A DNA stretch of 64,000 bases from the human T2T-CHM13v2.0 reference genome, Homo sapiens: assembly GCF_009914755.1 (NCBI RefSeq), contig NC_060934.1, one strand, 5' to 3'. Numbering within the stretch: the first letter of the stretch is position 1; every line of letters begins with the position of its first letter. Shown piece by piece: positions 1 through 13,639 of this stretch. The translations under genes and the position numbers were made by a program. The notes below the pieces were generated by a model. The model saw only the letters and a program-made list of their open reading frames with translations. It did no database searches and was not told where the DNA came from.

Positions 1-70
1 AATATACATGGAACCATGGAATTGTACACTTTAAATGGATGAACTTTAAACAGTAAAGCTGTTAAAAAAA
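1..70 (+). mobile_element. Old L1 3'-end fragment, truncated by the window edge
   Basis: 'gaattgtacactttaaatggatgaact...aaagctgttaaaaaaaa' resembles an L1M 3' terminus with A tail. Confidence 0.6.
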
Positions 71-894
71 AGAATCGTAACTTTTTCATGGGGTCTTATG
101 AGAAAGAAATGAGCGTATGTAAAATGCCTAGTGCCCTGGGAGGTGTAATAAATGAAATTCCCTTCCCTTAGAAGTTTGCATTTTCATGGATTGAAATTCT
201 TTGAAGCAGAACCCACATGTGTCCAAAGCCAAAAATTAGCCCGTCTTTGGGGTTCACTGACAAAGGAAAGACGGGTTTCAGAGGGAGGCACTGGGAAAAT
301 CCTGGAGACCTGGTCTAACACATGGAGGAACAAGAGGAATGGCCCTCATCCTGCCTGGCTGCTCTGGGCCTTGTGCAATGGATGGTTAGGCCCCCACTCC
401 CCAGGGCATGAGTGTTTCCGCCTTCCTGCCCTCGCCTCCATCCTAGTGATGGAAGCTGGATCCAGGGTTCTGATGACCCTGTTAGGCCTCCTATCCTAAG
501 CGCTTCTCCCCTCAACTTTTCAAGCCCAGTACCAATGCCACCTCCTCCAAGCAGCATTCCCCGACCTTCCATATCCCTGGATTCGCCTCTCCCTTAGAAA
601 AAGGATCATTTTCTTCAGCCCAAACTATTAGGTCACACCGACTTCACACCCTGAAGGGCTCAATGGGCAGCCAGCACTTACAGAGCCCTTACAGGTGCCC
701 TGCCAAGCCTCCACTATGGGGCGTACATCAGAGAATCATTCATTCACTCGTGCATTCATTCAAAAATCACCTTCCAAGCTGTTTGATGGGATATTTCTCA
801 CCTATTATGAGCCAGTCACCTTGACATCTCACCCTGACCCAGAGAGAGGTGAGCCTGAAGTGCCTGCCACCTGGTGTCATGGGTGCCCAGGATG

Positions 895-1085
895 GACCCA
901 GGGCTGGAAGCCAGGAAGCCTGGGTCTTCATCAGCTACATGACCACAAGCAACGGGCTTCATCTCTCTGGGCCTCAGTTTTTTCATCAACAGAATGGGGA
1001 CAAGAAACCATACCTGCCACCCTCCCCACCGAGCTATTGGGAAATAAGAGGAGCCCTGTCTGGGAAGCCCACCCAGCTTTTTAAA
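895..1085 (+). mobile_element. MIR SINE
   Basis: MIR core 'ctctctgggcctcagttttttcatcaacagaatggggac'. Confidence 0.75.
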
Positions 1086-1449
1086 ATGCTCTGCTGCCTA
1101 TGAGATCGAGCAGCTGAAAGGCAGAGAAAAGAGTCCTGGCCTGGGGAACAAGGCAGCCCCTTTTTCTTCCCCCAGAGAACCTCAGTTTCCCCTTTTGTCA
1201 TAAGAGGATGACAAGTCCTCCTCCCAGGACTGCTGGGAGGAGAATGGTCTGCTGGGACCTGCCAAGATCAGTGAAGTCAGAGCTCTCATCCAGGAGAGGA
1301 GAATAGGTGTGTGGGGGTTGAAGGGGGTGGGGGTTGGGGACAGCATGGGACATCCTGCATATGGTATCTGAGAACAGCAGTGGAGCCTGGGGTCCATGAC
1401 CCCCTGAAGCAGTGTTACAGCCAGAAGGAGGTGGGCACCACTCATTCAG

Positions 1450-1677
1450 GAGCTGTGAGCATCGACTCTGGCACCAGACTGCCTTGGTTCCAAACCCCAG
1501 CCTCACCACTTACCAGCTGTGGGACACATAGACTTCTTGTTCTTGGTTCCTCATCTATAAAATTAGGATAATAATAATTGCTAGCTTATGGGTTGTTCAG
1601 AGGATTTATTCAGTTGATCTAAGTAAAGTGTTTAGAATAGGGCCAGCTCTTACAGAAGCTATGCCAGTGTTAGCTTT
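1450..1677 (+). mobile_element. MIR SINE
   Basis: 'cagactgccttggttccaaaccccagcctcaccacttaccagctgtg...cctcatctataaaattaggataataata' is the canonical MIR layout. Confidence 0.85.
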
Positions 1678-1679
1678 CA

Positions 1680-2002
1680 CTGTTCACTCATTCCGCAGGT
1701 ACCTGCTAGGCAGGGTACTGGGAACACAGCCGAGAAAAAGGCCCAGTGGCCCTACCCTCAGAGAGCAGACAGTCCAGACACACCAGACAGAGAGCTCACA
1801 AACTCATGGACAATGGCACATTGTGATAGTGCCAGGGATTAGGCAAACAGGAGATGGAGTGAGCTATTAAGGAGAAGGAGGAACGTATTATTTTGTAGCA
1901 GTCAGGGAGGGCCTCTCTAAGGAGGTGTCTTTTTGGCTAAGGACCGAAGGATGTAAAAGAGCCAGTCATGAAAAGAGCAAAGGGGGAGGGGAATGTCTAG
2001 GA
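1680..2002 (-). mobile_element. L2 LINE 3' fragment
   Basis: 'ttcactcattc...ggtactgggaacacag...gtcagggagggcctctctaaggaggtg...gaaggatgtaaaagagccagtcatg' matches the L2 3' region in antisense. Confidence 0.75.
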
Positions 2003-2436
2003 CATAAGAAGGGAGCCATGTCAGTGGCCGAGGGGCCAGGCTGCCCAGGAGCTCGTGTGAGCTGGACTGGCTGCCACTTGTGGGGCCCCTTCCTTCTCCA
2101 CCTCATCCTTGCTCACTTAGGGCTTTGCTCTCCAGACAACTCCAAACAAACAGGTCTGACCTTGGGCATTGTGACCCCTGATTGGCCCTGGGAAGACAGG
2201 GCCACACAGGAGCCCTGGGCGATATGGGACAGACCCAACAGAAAAGGGCTGTGTCAAAAGCGGAGGTTGCAGGAAGGGGCAGGGCACACAGAGTGGCCAG
2301 CCAGGTCAGCAGCAGAGCGGTCACTCAAATCATCACTTCTTCCTTCCCGCTGCCTGCTTTCAGCCCCTCCTCCCCTCCTCCTTTCTCCATTACTCTTTCT
2401 TTCCCACTCAAGTGCTTAATCAGACTCAGAGGACAA

Positions 2437-2917
2437 ATGTTTCAGTTATTGAGTTCTGTGAAACAAACTATTCCAAAAGCTTAGTGGCTCCTATCAACAA
2501 TGGTCACTTACTTTGCTCACAAATCTGCATTGAAGGCAAGTCCTAGCAGGGAAACTCATTTCTGTTTCATGAAGCACCAGCCAAAGAAGTTTAACTGGAG
2601 GCTGGAGCATCCACTTCCAAGACAGCTCACTCAGATGGCTGGCAAGCGGGTGCTGCTGATGGGCGGAGCCTTGATTCCTCTCCAACCAGACCTCCACATG
2701 GGCCCCTCCATGGGCTACTTGAACTTCCTCACAGCATGGTGGCTGATGTCCAAGAGCAAGTATCCCAACAGACAGGAAGAAAGCTGCTAGTTTCTAAAGG
2801 CCTTAGTATTTGTTCTGTCGTATTTTATAGTCCAAGAACTTTTAGAGCCAGACTCAAGGGTGGATCCCATCTCTCAATAGGAGAAGTATCAAGACATTTT
2901 GGTTTTAAAAGCACCAC
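2437..2917 (-). mobile_element. MLT1-family (ERVL-MaLR) solo LTR
   Basis: 'aaagcttagtggct...gctcactcagatggctggcaag...cttcctcacagcatggtggctg...ttttaaaagcaccaca'. Confidence 0.8.
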
Positions 2918-2926
2918 AGCATATAG

Positions 2927-3268
<342 letters not shown>

Positions 3269-3927
3269 TGAACAATCTGAAAATAAAATTAAGAAAAGAA
3301 TTCATTCACAATAGCATCAAAAAGAATAAAGCATTTAGAAATTTAACAAAAGAAATAAAAAAATTATACACAGGAAACTATAAAATACTGCTAAAATTTA
3401 AACAAGATCTACATAAATGAAGATGTAAATAAATGTTCATGAATTGGAAGACTCAATACTATTAAGATGGCAATCTTTCCCAAATTGCCATCAAAATCTC
3501 TATCAAATATGTATCAAAATCTCAGCAGGCTTTTTTGGTAGAAATTGACAAGCTCATCCTAAAATGTATATGATAATGAAAACAACCCAGATTAGCCAAA
3601 ATTTTGAAAAGCAAGAACAAGTTGAAGGACCTACACTACCAGATTTCAGATTTTACCGTAAAACTACAGTAATCATGACAGTGTCGTATTAGTATAAAGA
3701 TAGACATAGATCAATGCAACCCAATACAAAATCCAGAAATAAATGCACACATGTACAGTCAATTGAGTTTCAACAAAGTGCCAAGACAGTTTAATGAGGA
3801 AAAGATACCCTTTTCAACAAATGATGCAGGGACAATTGGATATCAGTATGCAAAAAAATTTTTAAAAGAACTTAGATTCTCACTTCACACCATACACAAA
3901 AGTAATTCAAAATAGATTGTAGGTCTC

Positions 3928-4260
<333 letters not shown>

Positions 4261-4903
4261 CTATACAATGTCCAGAAAGAAAACAGAAGAAAATCTTTCT
4301 GACATTGGATAAAGCAAAGATTTATCAGATATGACACCAAAATAAGATCCAGAAGAGAAAAAGTTAATAAAATAAACATCAAAATTAAAACCTTTACACT
4401 TCAAAAGACATTAAGAAAATGAAAAGACAAACCACAGAATGGGAGAAAAGGCTTACAAATTATGTATCTGATAAAGGACTTCTATTGAGCATATATGAAG
4501 AACATTAACAACTCAGTGATAAACAAACAATCCTATTAAAACAAAAAGAGTTGAATAAGCACTTCACCAAAGACACAAGATGACTAACCTAATGGGTGCA
4601 TGAAAAGAAGCTAGCATCATTAGTCATTAGGGAAATGCAAATAAAAACCACAATGAGGCACCCATACATATCTAGTAAAATGGCTCCAATAAAAAGAGAC
4701 AATAGCAAGTATTGGAGAGGAAGCAGAGAAACTGAAATCTTTATACGTTGCTGGCATGACTATAACATGGTACAGCCACCTAGGAAAACAGGCAATTTCT
4801 TAAAAAGTTAAGCACACACTTTCCCATGACACCTGGGTATCTACCCAAGAAAAAGGAAAACATATGTCCACATAAAGACTTATATGCAAAGTTCATCATA
4901 GCA

Positions 4904-5042
4904 CTTTTTTTTTTTTATTGTTTTAGAGGCAGGGTCTCATTATGTTGCCCAGGCTGGTCTCCACCTCCTGGGCTAAAGCGATCCTCCTACCTCAGCCTCC
5001 CAAAGTGCTGGGATTACAGGCATGAACCACCATGCGCATGGT
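4904..5042 (-). mobile_element. Alu left monomer / FLAM
   Basis: T tail + 'agggtctcattatgttgcccaggctggtc...cccaaagtgctgggattacaggcatga'. Confidence 0.85.
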
Positions 5043-6404
5043 AGCATTATTGGAAGTTGTCAAAACTTAGAAATAATCCAAATGTCCATGAACTAGATAA
5101 ATAAAGTGTGGTGTGGCCATACATTCATAAACTACTTTGCAATAAGAAGGAATAAAGTACTGATATATGAAACAGCATGAATATACTTAAGAAACATTAT
5201 GCTAAATTAAAGAAGCCAGACACAAAAGATTATTTATTGCATGATTCCATTTATACAAAATGTTCTAGAAAAGACAAAACTATATACAGAGAAAGTGGAT
5301 GCTTAATTTTCCTGAGGTAGAGGGTGGGAGTGGGGACCAGCTGCAAGCAGACCTGAGGGAACATTTGGAATTGTGGTGACACTGCACAACTGTAAAGATT
5401 TACTAAAACTCATCAAGCGGAACACTCAGTGGATGACTTTCATGCTATGTAAATTATAACTTGATAAAACTGTTTTCCTAAAAATGCTACAGCAAGGTGC
5501 AAGCATGTAGAAGGGGCGGTGGGAGACCCTGGGGGTAGGCCCCATGGAAGGACAGAGGGCTGGACCCAACTTCCAGGAGCACCGAGACCCCCCAGGCCAC
5601 AGACAAACTTTAGCCCCAGAAAGTGTCTTAATCAGGCCCTGGACCCTAAATCCCCCAGACCCCCAAGGCTGAGGACAATTCAGCAGCTGCTTTACCAGGC
5701 CCCAGGAGTCTGTCTTTCACCTCGGGCACCTGCCATCATTCACTCAGCTGTGCTGGGCTCAGTCTGCATCCCATCACCACCTGCGCTGTGCGGTCTAGGC
5801 TCCTTCCCCTCAGGGGACTCGCAGGAAGTGTAGCGGGCCCCTAGACCAGTCATTTAACCTCCCTGGGCTTCAGTTTCCTCATATGCTAATGAAGTGCCAC
5901 TGATTGCCCCGCTTCTCTCACAGGGGAGGGGGAGGTAGGATCTGTGGGGGTGGGTGAGATGGTGCCCAAAATGCTGGAGATCATGAAGCAAATGTGGTGG
6001 GAAACTCAACAATGATGCCGTGGGGCATCCTGGGACATGGAAGAGAAGACTTCCAAGCCCAGCTCCAGCCCAAACTCAATATCCCCAAATCTCCCCTGCT
6101 CAGACTTGAGGGAGGAGAAACTCAGAGTCCCCCATCCAACCTCTATCATATTCAGGGGCCCTTCTAGCACAGCCTACAAGAGTTAGTGGCCCAAATTAGG
6201 CTTGGGCCCCTCCAGCACCAGGGGCCTAGCTCTTTCTAGGCAGCCCTTGCCTATCCAAACAACTCTAAATCTTGAAAAAGCATTTCCTGCCCTTCAGTAG
6301 GACAAGATATCCCTCATGACCTCCTCCAGCAACTTGGGTAAGCAGCACTGAGGGGTATCTGACTCCCTGGGCCCCAGCAACGGTCTGAACATTTTGATTC
6401 TGGG

Positions 6405-6632
6405 TTTGGACTGTCACCCCAGCATGTGTATTTTGAAAAAGTTCCCCAGATATACACAGTGCACGACACGGAGATTGAGAAGAACTTGGTCTCCTAGTGT
6501 GGTCTCTGGACCAGTAGCAGCACCTGGGAACTGGTTACAGACATAGATCATGGCCCCACCCCAGACCCACAATCTCTTCTAACCAGCCCTGCAGGTGCCT
6601 CTGAAGCTGATCAAAGTTTAAGAGCCAATGCT
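6405..6632. mobile_element. MER5-type hAT-Charlie MITE fragments (two adjacent pieces)
   Basis: 'gtgtggtctctggaccagtagcagcacctgggaactggttacag...ccccaccccagacc...aaagtttaagagcc' and 'tgtattttgaaaaagttccccag'. Confidence 0.65.
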
Positions 6633-7584
6633 GAGGCTTCAGCCAATGACTGATTTGAGAAACAGATTTAACCTGACCATGGGATGGGAATCCTGAATGT
6701 CACCCACTCAGCCTCTCCGTTTCCCAAAGCAGTTCTTAGTTTGAAAACCACCAGTTGTGATGAGTCCTTTCGGTTTCCCCACAAGGAAAAAAAATTGATT
6801 AAACAAAAACACCTGACCTGAAGTTTTCCCTTCCTAAGAGAGGTGATAGTGGCCCATCAGTGCCCAGGGTGACAAGCCCAGTGCCAAAACATCAAGGCAG
6901 GCCAGGCGGGCCTCACGTTTCCCCCTACAACTGTCAGACCCTGCACTGCAAGCCCAGGGCCAGCCCACCGAGGCAGTGGGGGGTGGCGGGTGGCCATTGT
7001 TTCTGTCCTGCCTCCAGCAGGCACAGCAGACCCGAGTAATGACACTGGGGCCTGACAGCCTCCAAGGAACCTTTTTGTCTCACAGCCATGGCCAATGCCC
7101 ATAATTGATAGGGATTGCGGAGCTGCCACCCTCACCCTGGCTAGCAATTAGTGCTCCCATTGCTGGCTGTCAAGAACTCCTGACACGTGCGGGGAGCAAA
7201 GGCTTGTCAGGTTTCTGGCCCACATGGCTCGTTATGCCAGGGGCACGGGCTCCCTGCCCCCAACCCCCTTTGATTTCTGTGGGATGGAGAGGGCAGGTGA
7301 GCTGCATCATCACTTCCATTCTTTTTTTAAGATGGTGGACAGAGGCTGCTGGTGACAGCTTCCCTGTCCATTTCCCCTCTAGAGTCTCTGAGTCCTGCAC
7401 GGAGTGACCATTGGGAAGGGTTCTGGAGGGGCTCAGGTGGAGCCACGGACAGGAGTGGCAGTGAAGGGCAGATGGCCTGGGGGACTCAGGCTTGGGCCCC
7501 ACCCAGCCTGGGGAGTGGGGGTAGTCATTCTTGTGTAGCCTTTGGTAAGACCCTTCTCAGAAAACTGAGCAGGTAGACCAGATC

Positions 7585-7850
7585 TGAATTTTCCAAACTA
7601 TGGGACACATCCCATTAGTGGAGCACAAAACCCATTTAGCAGATGAAGATCGCATTCTAAAACCTGGGTACAGGATAGGATAGAATATAGCAAAACAGAA
7701 CAGAATCAAATCGAATCGAATCATGTGCATTACATTTAGGTAAACACTGTTTCCTAAAAATTTTGTCCCAATGATATATTTATAGCATGTGCATGTGTAC
7801 CAGAGTGCAATGCAAAGTTTTTCTTATTGCGAGTAAAGTTTCAAAGCTGC
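7585..7850. mobile_element. Probable old hAT-Charlie DNA transposon relic with internal (ATAGA/ACAGA)n
   Basis: Termini 'ttttccaaactatggg' and 'aaagtttcaaagctgc'; AT-rich interior. Confidence 0.45.
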
Positions 7851-8019
7851 CCCACTGGATGCACGCTTAGTTTCCAGAATGGGGGCTGAACACTCCATCT
7901 GTTCTAGGTTGCATGGACCCAAAGTTTACAGAAGAAGACCCTGGAGGAGGTGAGGAAAGGAGAAAGCCCAGATGGCTTCAGGGAGCTTCTAGTCTCATTG
8001 GCATAAAAGGCAAATGGAA

Positions 8020-8447
8020 GACAGGGCACGGTGACTCACGGCTGTAATCCCAGCACTTTGGGAAGTCAAGGCTGGAGCAATGCTTGAGCCCAGGCATTTG
8101 AGACCAGCCTAGGCAACATAGTGGGACCTAGCCTCTACAAAACAAACAAACAAACAAACAAACAAAAAACATTAGCCGGGTGTGGTGGTGTACACTGCCC
8201 TCTTCCCCTCATCCTACCTGCCAATACTCCCACTCCCTGGCCACTATGTGATCTCACAGACTGGGCCGTCCCTTCCCCTTTCAGACAAGTATGGCCATTT
8301 TGGAATACCCAGGTACTCGGGAGGCTGAGGCGGGAGAAGAGCTTGAGCTCAGGAGTTCAAGGCTACAGTGAGCTATAGCTGCACCACTGCACTCCAGCCT
8401 GGGTAACAGAGTGAGACCCCTGTCTCTAAAAAAAAAGAAAAAAGAAA
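8020..8447 (+). mobile_element. AluJ carrying a 116-bp non-Alu insertion in its right arm
   Basis: Left arm, (AAAC)n linker, right arm broken at 'ggtgtaca|ctg' and resuming at 'ccc|aggtactcgggaggctgagg'. Confidence 0.93.
8195..8310 (+). repeat. Direct-repeat copy of 9126-9241
   Basis: Manual ungapped alignment gives 11 mismatches in 116 bp (about 90% identity); offset 931 bp. Confidence 0.95.
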
Positions 8448-8929
8448 GGCAAACAGACAAGGAGGAGGCCACATGAGGCTCAAAGGGTAGGCGGGATCTC
8501 ACTCACCTCCATGTGCCTCCCACCACCTGCCCACCCTTGCCCAGTGCCTGGCACAGAGGGAGCTCCCTAAACACTCCTCTAAGTGTTTTCCAAACTGGAC
8601 TCCCATGGAGGGAGGAACACGAGCCTGCATTGGCTGTTTTCTGTGTGGCGGCCTCTCAGCTGGTTTCCCTGAGCCCAACCAGACTGAATAGGGGATGTCA
8701 GGGCTCATTCTTCGTTCTGTGCATCTTAAGGGGAACATGCACTAATGGAGTGCACTGCAGGGGGGTATGTGATGCGCTTCCTGTGCACAGAACTTTGCAG
8801 TTCACTCCATCAGAATCATCCTGCTTGACCCACATGCAACACACCAAAAGAAGTCCAACCCTGTGTGGTGAGAACTGCAGGAACTTTTACCTGTTGGAAC
8901 CATGTTCAGAAATGACCATTAACTGACCA

Positions 8930-9095
8930 CCTCTTGTACTTTACGGTTTACACAGCTCTTTCTCATGCCTTATCTGATGTACTCCACTCTATGAAATCAG
9001 TATCCCCATCCCCACTTACAGTTGAGGAAACAGAGAAGCTCAGAGAAGTACAGCAACCTGCCCAGAGTCACACAGCCAGCAAGCAGTCCAGCTGG
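8930..9095 (-). mobile_element. MIR SINE
   Basis: 'ccccacttacagttgaggaaacagag...gcaacctgcccagagtcacacagccagcaag'. Confidence 0.75.
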
Positions 9096-9125
9096 AGGCC
9101 ACCCACCCTGCCTGAGCCTGCTGGT

Positions 9126-9241
9126 CTGCCCTCTTCCCCTCGTCCTACCTGCCACGCCTCCCACTCCTTGGCCACTATGTGATCTCAGAGACTGTGCCAT
9201 CCCTTCCCCTTTCAGACAAGTATGGCTATTTTGGAAAATCC
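9126..9241 (+). repeat. Probable donor copy of the segment inserted into the Alu at 8195-8310
   Basis: 'ctgccctcttcccctcgtcctacctgcc...ttcagacaagtatggctattttggaaaatcc'. Confidence 0.9.
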
Positions 9242-9529
9242 TTGTAGAGCTAAGTCAGGTTCAACAGTGTCCAATAAAGGCTTTATATTTTTCTCTTTCC
9301 TATTAAATCATATTTTATTTAAAAGCATAAGGTCCCACATATCACCACTAAAGCAGCCTGCCCCGTGCTGGCTAGGCCTGTACCCACCAGCCTTCCCCCT
9401 GGAAGATGCAGATGGCCCCGACCCCTCCCCCCTCCTGCTACACAGAGTGAGGATATATTGGAGCTTATGACTATTACATTGTATCTGTCTTAAAAGCCAG
9501 CCCCTCTTTGCAGACACAGACACTCCCCA

Positions 9530-9875
9530 GCTCACATTTATCAGTTTTATTCCTTTAATGATTCAAACTTGTGCTGTGATGTGCTACTCAGAACGGAGGA
9601 TTTTATGGATTTAACAGTTTTATTAATTTAAGAGGTTTCCACTGAGCGCCAGAATGGCTCAGTGTGACAAAGAAGGTATCATAAATGAATTGATTTGTCA
9701 CGTATCAGAATGCGATCCAGCAGTGATTTCATTATTGGAGTTATTTTCCTCCAATTATCTGCAAACTTAAAATGCTAAAGAGCACCCCCTCCGCCCCCAC
9801 CCCCAGCGGCAGCCGGCCTGGATCATTTGAGCAGGAAATAAATGCAAATCAATGGCCCAAATTTGCCGCCATGTG
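9530..9875. promoter_or_regulatory. Candidate enhancer-like non-repetitive element
   Basis: AT-rich unique block with TTTATGG, TAATTT, TGATTTGTCA, CAATTA, octamer ATGCAAAT (9842-9849) and CGCCAT; motif evidence only. Confidence 0.45.
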
Positions 9876-12599
9876 TGGAGGCTGCCCACGCCTCCCTCCT
9901 CCCCTCCACATCACCACTCAGAGGAAACAAAGCCGTGGGTCGGGGGGTGTCTGCATGTGAGGCCTGCAGGCAGAGGCCATCTGCAACCCTGTGTGCTGTG
10001 TCCAGGGGACTGGATCTCATCCTCGGTGGGGTCCCAGGGCCTGAAGGAGCCTTGCCTCCCATTCTCTCGTCCAACCCATGGATGATCATGAGAAAGGTAT
10101 TTGGCCACAGCCCCTCCTGGCCATCCAGGCTTTGGGACATGGGTAGGGTGGATGGTGAAATAAGTTTACAGAGGCTGACCAGAGGGTGTTCCAGTATTGG
10201 CTCCATCCACACTTCACTCTGTGGCCAGGCAGTTCCAGAGCCTGATAAACTTTGCACAGTATCCCAAATGTGGCTGCACTCTCACTGCTGGGCTGCTGTG
10301 TGCTTAGAAGACACTGCCCCACCCCGAGCCCTCTCGTTTGCCCTTCACCACTCCATCCAGCTACTTCCTACCCTCCATTCCCTCCTCTACCCTTGAGTCC
10401 AGGCTGGGCTCCCACAAGCCCCTGAACTCTTTGGCTCTGAGCCCTTCTCCAGTCTGCATTACTCTGGTCCACTGAGTCCTCTGTCTGCCCCAGAAACTTC
10501 CCCTGGACCTCAGTTCAGACGAGAGCATGAATGAACCCTAAGTTCCTGGCCAGGACTAACTCCCTGAATCCGCAAGGTCCCTGAGACCCTCATTGGCTGC
10601 TGAATTTATTTGTTTGTGCATTCAGCAAACCACCACCAAATGTCAGGCACCCATCTGGGCCACAGACAGCAAGTGATGCAGCAGCCACTGCCCTGCCTGC
10701 CTTCAGGGAGCCCCTCCCCATCCGACAGGGAGATATGACATGGAACTAAAAGACAAAAGTGACCAGTGGCCTCACTGAACCACTTAAGCCCCGTAAGAAC
10801 TCATACAGGGGCTGAGGGCTATACTTCTTCCTCTATACCGTCTGCCTGCCCTAGCTCTGTGCTCCACCCACCTCAGCCTCTCTGATCAATATGGGACCAT
10901 CAGGGCTTCCCACGAGGCCTCAACAATAGAATTCAAAGTGACAGGGGGCAGTGGGTAATGAAGCTAGAGTTCCCACAGGCAAACCAGCTCCCCTGACTTT
11001 CCTGGCAAAGAAGGCCCAAGGCCTATTCGAATCCACTATTTTAAGAGGAAGGGAGTGGAGCAAGAATCGCTGTGTGTGACATACCCCTGAAGTGCCAGGA
11101 ATGTGCCCAGGGCCCTTCTCCTTTCCTCCTGACAAGATTTCACAGGTGAAGAAAGGAAGGCCCAGGAAGATGAAGCAATCCCCCCAAGGTCACACAGCCA
11201 AGTGAGCCCAGGTCTGTGTGATTCCAAAGCCTCCAAAGACACTGTCTCCCTGCCCCTCCATGCCACTACCCAGCTCACACCCCCTTTAGCAACTCTTAGC
11301 ATCTGCCAGGTGAAATCCCAAGGCTGCAGGACAAGCAGACAGGGCAGCCACAGTGGGGTGCAGCCCCCGAGGGTGCACGAGGGGGCTGTAGAATAGACCA
11401 GCTCAGTCTCTCACCCACTGTGTCTTCCTCGTTCCAGTGAGCTGAGGCTGCTGCCAGGCCACTGACAGTTCAGGCACAAGTGAAAGAGAAAGTCCCTGGT
11501 AAACTGTAAAGTCTGTGTCCATAAGAGCCAGGATGATTATGGGGGCTCACAGGCCCTGGGGGCCAGAAGGAGCACTGAGGGCTATCAGAGTGCACCCCAG
11601 GAGTGCACTCACCTCCCTTCCCACAATTCAGCAAGTCCTGAAAACCAGGCCTCTCCACGTGGCTCTACACCTTCGTGAGGGTGGAGGGGAATTGCCACAT
11701 CTGTTTGTTTATCAGGGAAGCTGCAATCCTCACAGTTTCATCATCTCTCCCAAAAGTCAAGAGGAAATCAGAAAGTGGCAGGTTTGGTGGGGGGCACGGA
11801 TGCTAAAAGGGCACAACATGGGCATTCCTGAAGCATCACTGCCCAATCCAGCAGCCCCCGGGAGAGGAGCAGAGACCTCAGAGCAGGTCTGATTGTCCCA
11901 GCCTGTGGGAACAGGAGACCTGAAAGCTGGCCTGAGGGGCCCAGGAGGTGGCCAAGGGTGAGCTATCCATACACAAGCCCTACAGAGAGGACTTAAACTA
12001 GACCACCCTGGTTTCCTGGGAAGCAGCTGGAGGGCATCAGTCTAAAACCCCCTGGGCAGGAGAAGCTGAGGCTCCAAGGGAACAGTGGGGCTACTCAAGC
12101 ACCAGGCGATGCTCGTGCTGTGAGTAGGAGCTGGGTCTCCTGGATCCCCACACAGAGATCAAAAGTCTTGGGCTCTCAAGGCTGAGAGTTCTCCACCACC
12201 TCTACAGTGTCCCTCTTCCCTTACAAGAGTCCGAAGAGGTCAGCTGCCAGGGCCTCAGATGGCAGGGGGTAGCTACTCCACAGGCAGCCCATTCTGTTTT
12301 CCTCCAGCTAATTAGAAGGTTGTTTATGCACCTACCTATGCACAGAAGCCCACTTACTCCTCACACACACATGCACACACAGGTGTATACACACATACAC
12401 ACACACTTGAATGCCACATTCCTGCACACCATGCCAGGGCCAATGTGCGCTCAGATCAGATCACCCATGCAGACTCTCCTCTGCCTGCCCACCTGGGCTC
12501 TAGACTGACCAAGACCCCACCAGGCTGTGGGCAGTGCCTGACGGATGAGCTGACACCACCGAAACACGGGGGAAATGACTAGATCCAAGGTGAAGTGCG

Positions 12600-12810
12600 A
12601 TTTCTCCCTTCTACCTCGAGTACTTCATTACCTCCCTCACCTCTGATGGCTAATAAAGGTATCTAATTCGTTGGTACTAAAATAGCCTCCTAATGTGCAC
12701 CAGGACTATCTCCTAAAATTAATGCTATGACAAGTAATGAGGGTCTCCATTAGCTGCTATCTACATGTGGAAATTCTAATTTTCCCATAGTGGGCTAATG
12801 TATCTGAAAG
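12600..12810. promoter_or_regulatory. Candidate enhancer-like element (TAAT-dense)
   Basis: About nine TAAT/ATTA cores in ~200 bp of apparently non-repeat DNA. Confidence 0.3.
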
Positions 12811-13639
12811 CCCCCCTTTGGGGAACCTGACTTCCCAGTCGCTCAGGCTCACAATTCTGACCAGGGGCCACCAGTGACTCTGTGCTCCCCTTCCTTGGCA
12901 CTCGGAACCAGTCACTTCTCCATGCATGGGCCCAGAGCAGGCTACTGCCTACACTTGCCCTAGAACCTTTAAGCCAATCGTTTGACAGCTGTGCCCGGCA
13001 TTGTGCTGGGCACTGGTGCAGACACAAGGAATAATAACCCAGCCCAGTCCTTGCTTTTGGGCCAGGCTGAGACAAGGGTTGGGCTGGACCAGGCCCCGTG
13101 TTTGGCAGGACAGGTAAGGGTCTCAAGGTGTCCCTGAGCTAAACGAGACAAGGATGTACACATGTATTCTCGGCGGGGCCCTTGTTGGGAGTCATGGTGC
13201 TCCCAGGGGTTATAATCTACTCATCGCAGGGGAAATCCATGAATGCTTCTTAGAGGAGGTGGCAGTTCACCATCATTCTTGTTCCACTTGGCATTGCATG
13301 AACAAGAGATGTAAGTGGAATGAGGGTATGATATGGTATGGACCTCCACTTTTGCATTCTTTGATGGGACTACTAACTTCTGGGACTCTTCCTAAGATCC
13401 ATGATTGCATCTGGTTCACTATTTTGGGGTCACAGCCAAGTCCTCCAGGTGAGACCCCGTTCCTCTCCACTGTGCGCAAACACGAAGTATTTGTCAAGTT
13501 CTGACTCTCACCAACACATACCAGGCTTCCAACCAGCAATGCCTGAAGGCCACTGGATGAGCAAGGGCCATTCAGGTGACTTGTCTGCCTTCCTAACAGA
13601 CCATGAACTGTGTGAGGGCTGAGGCCAGCACCTGCAGTG

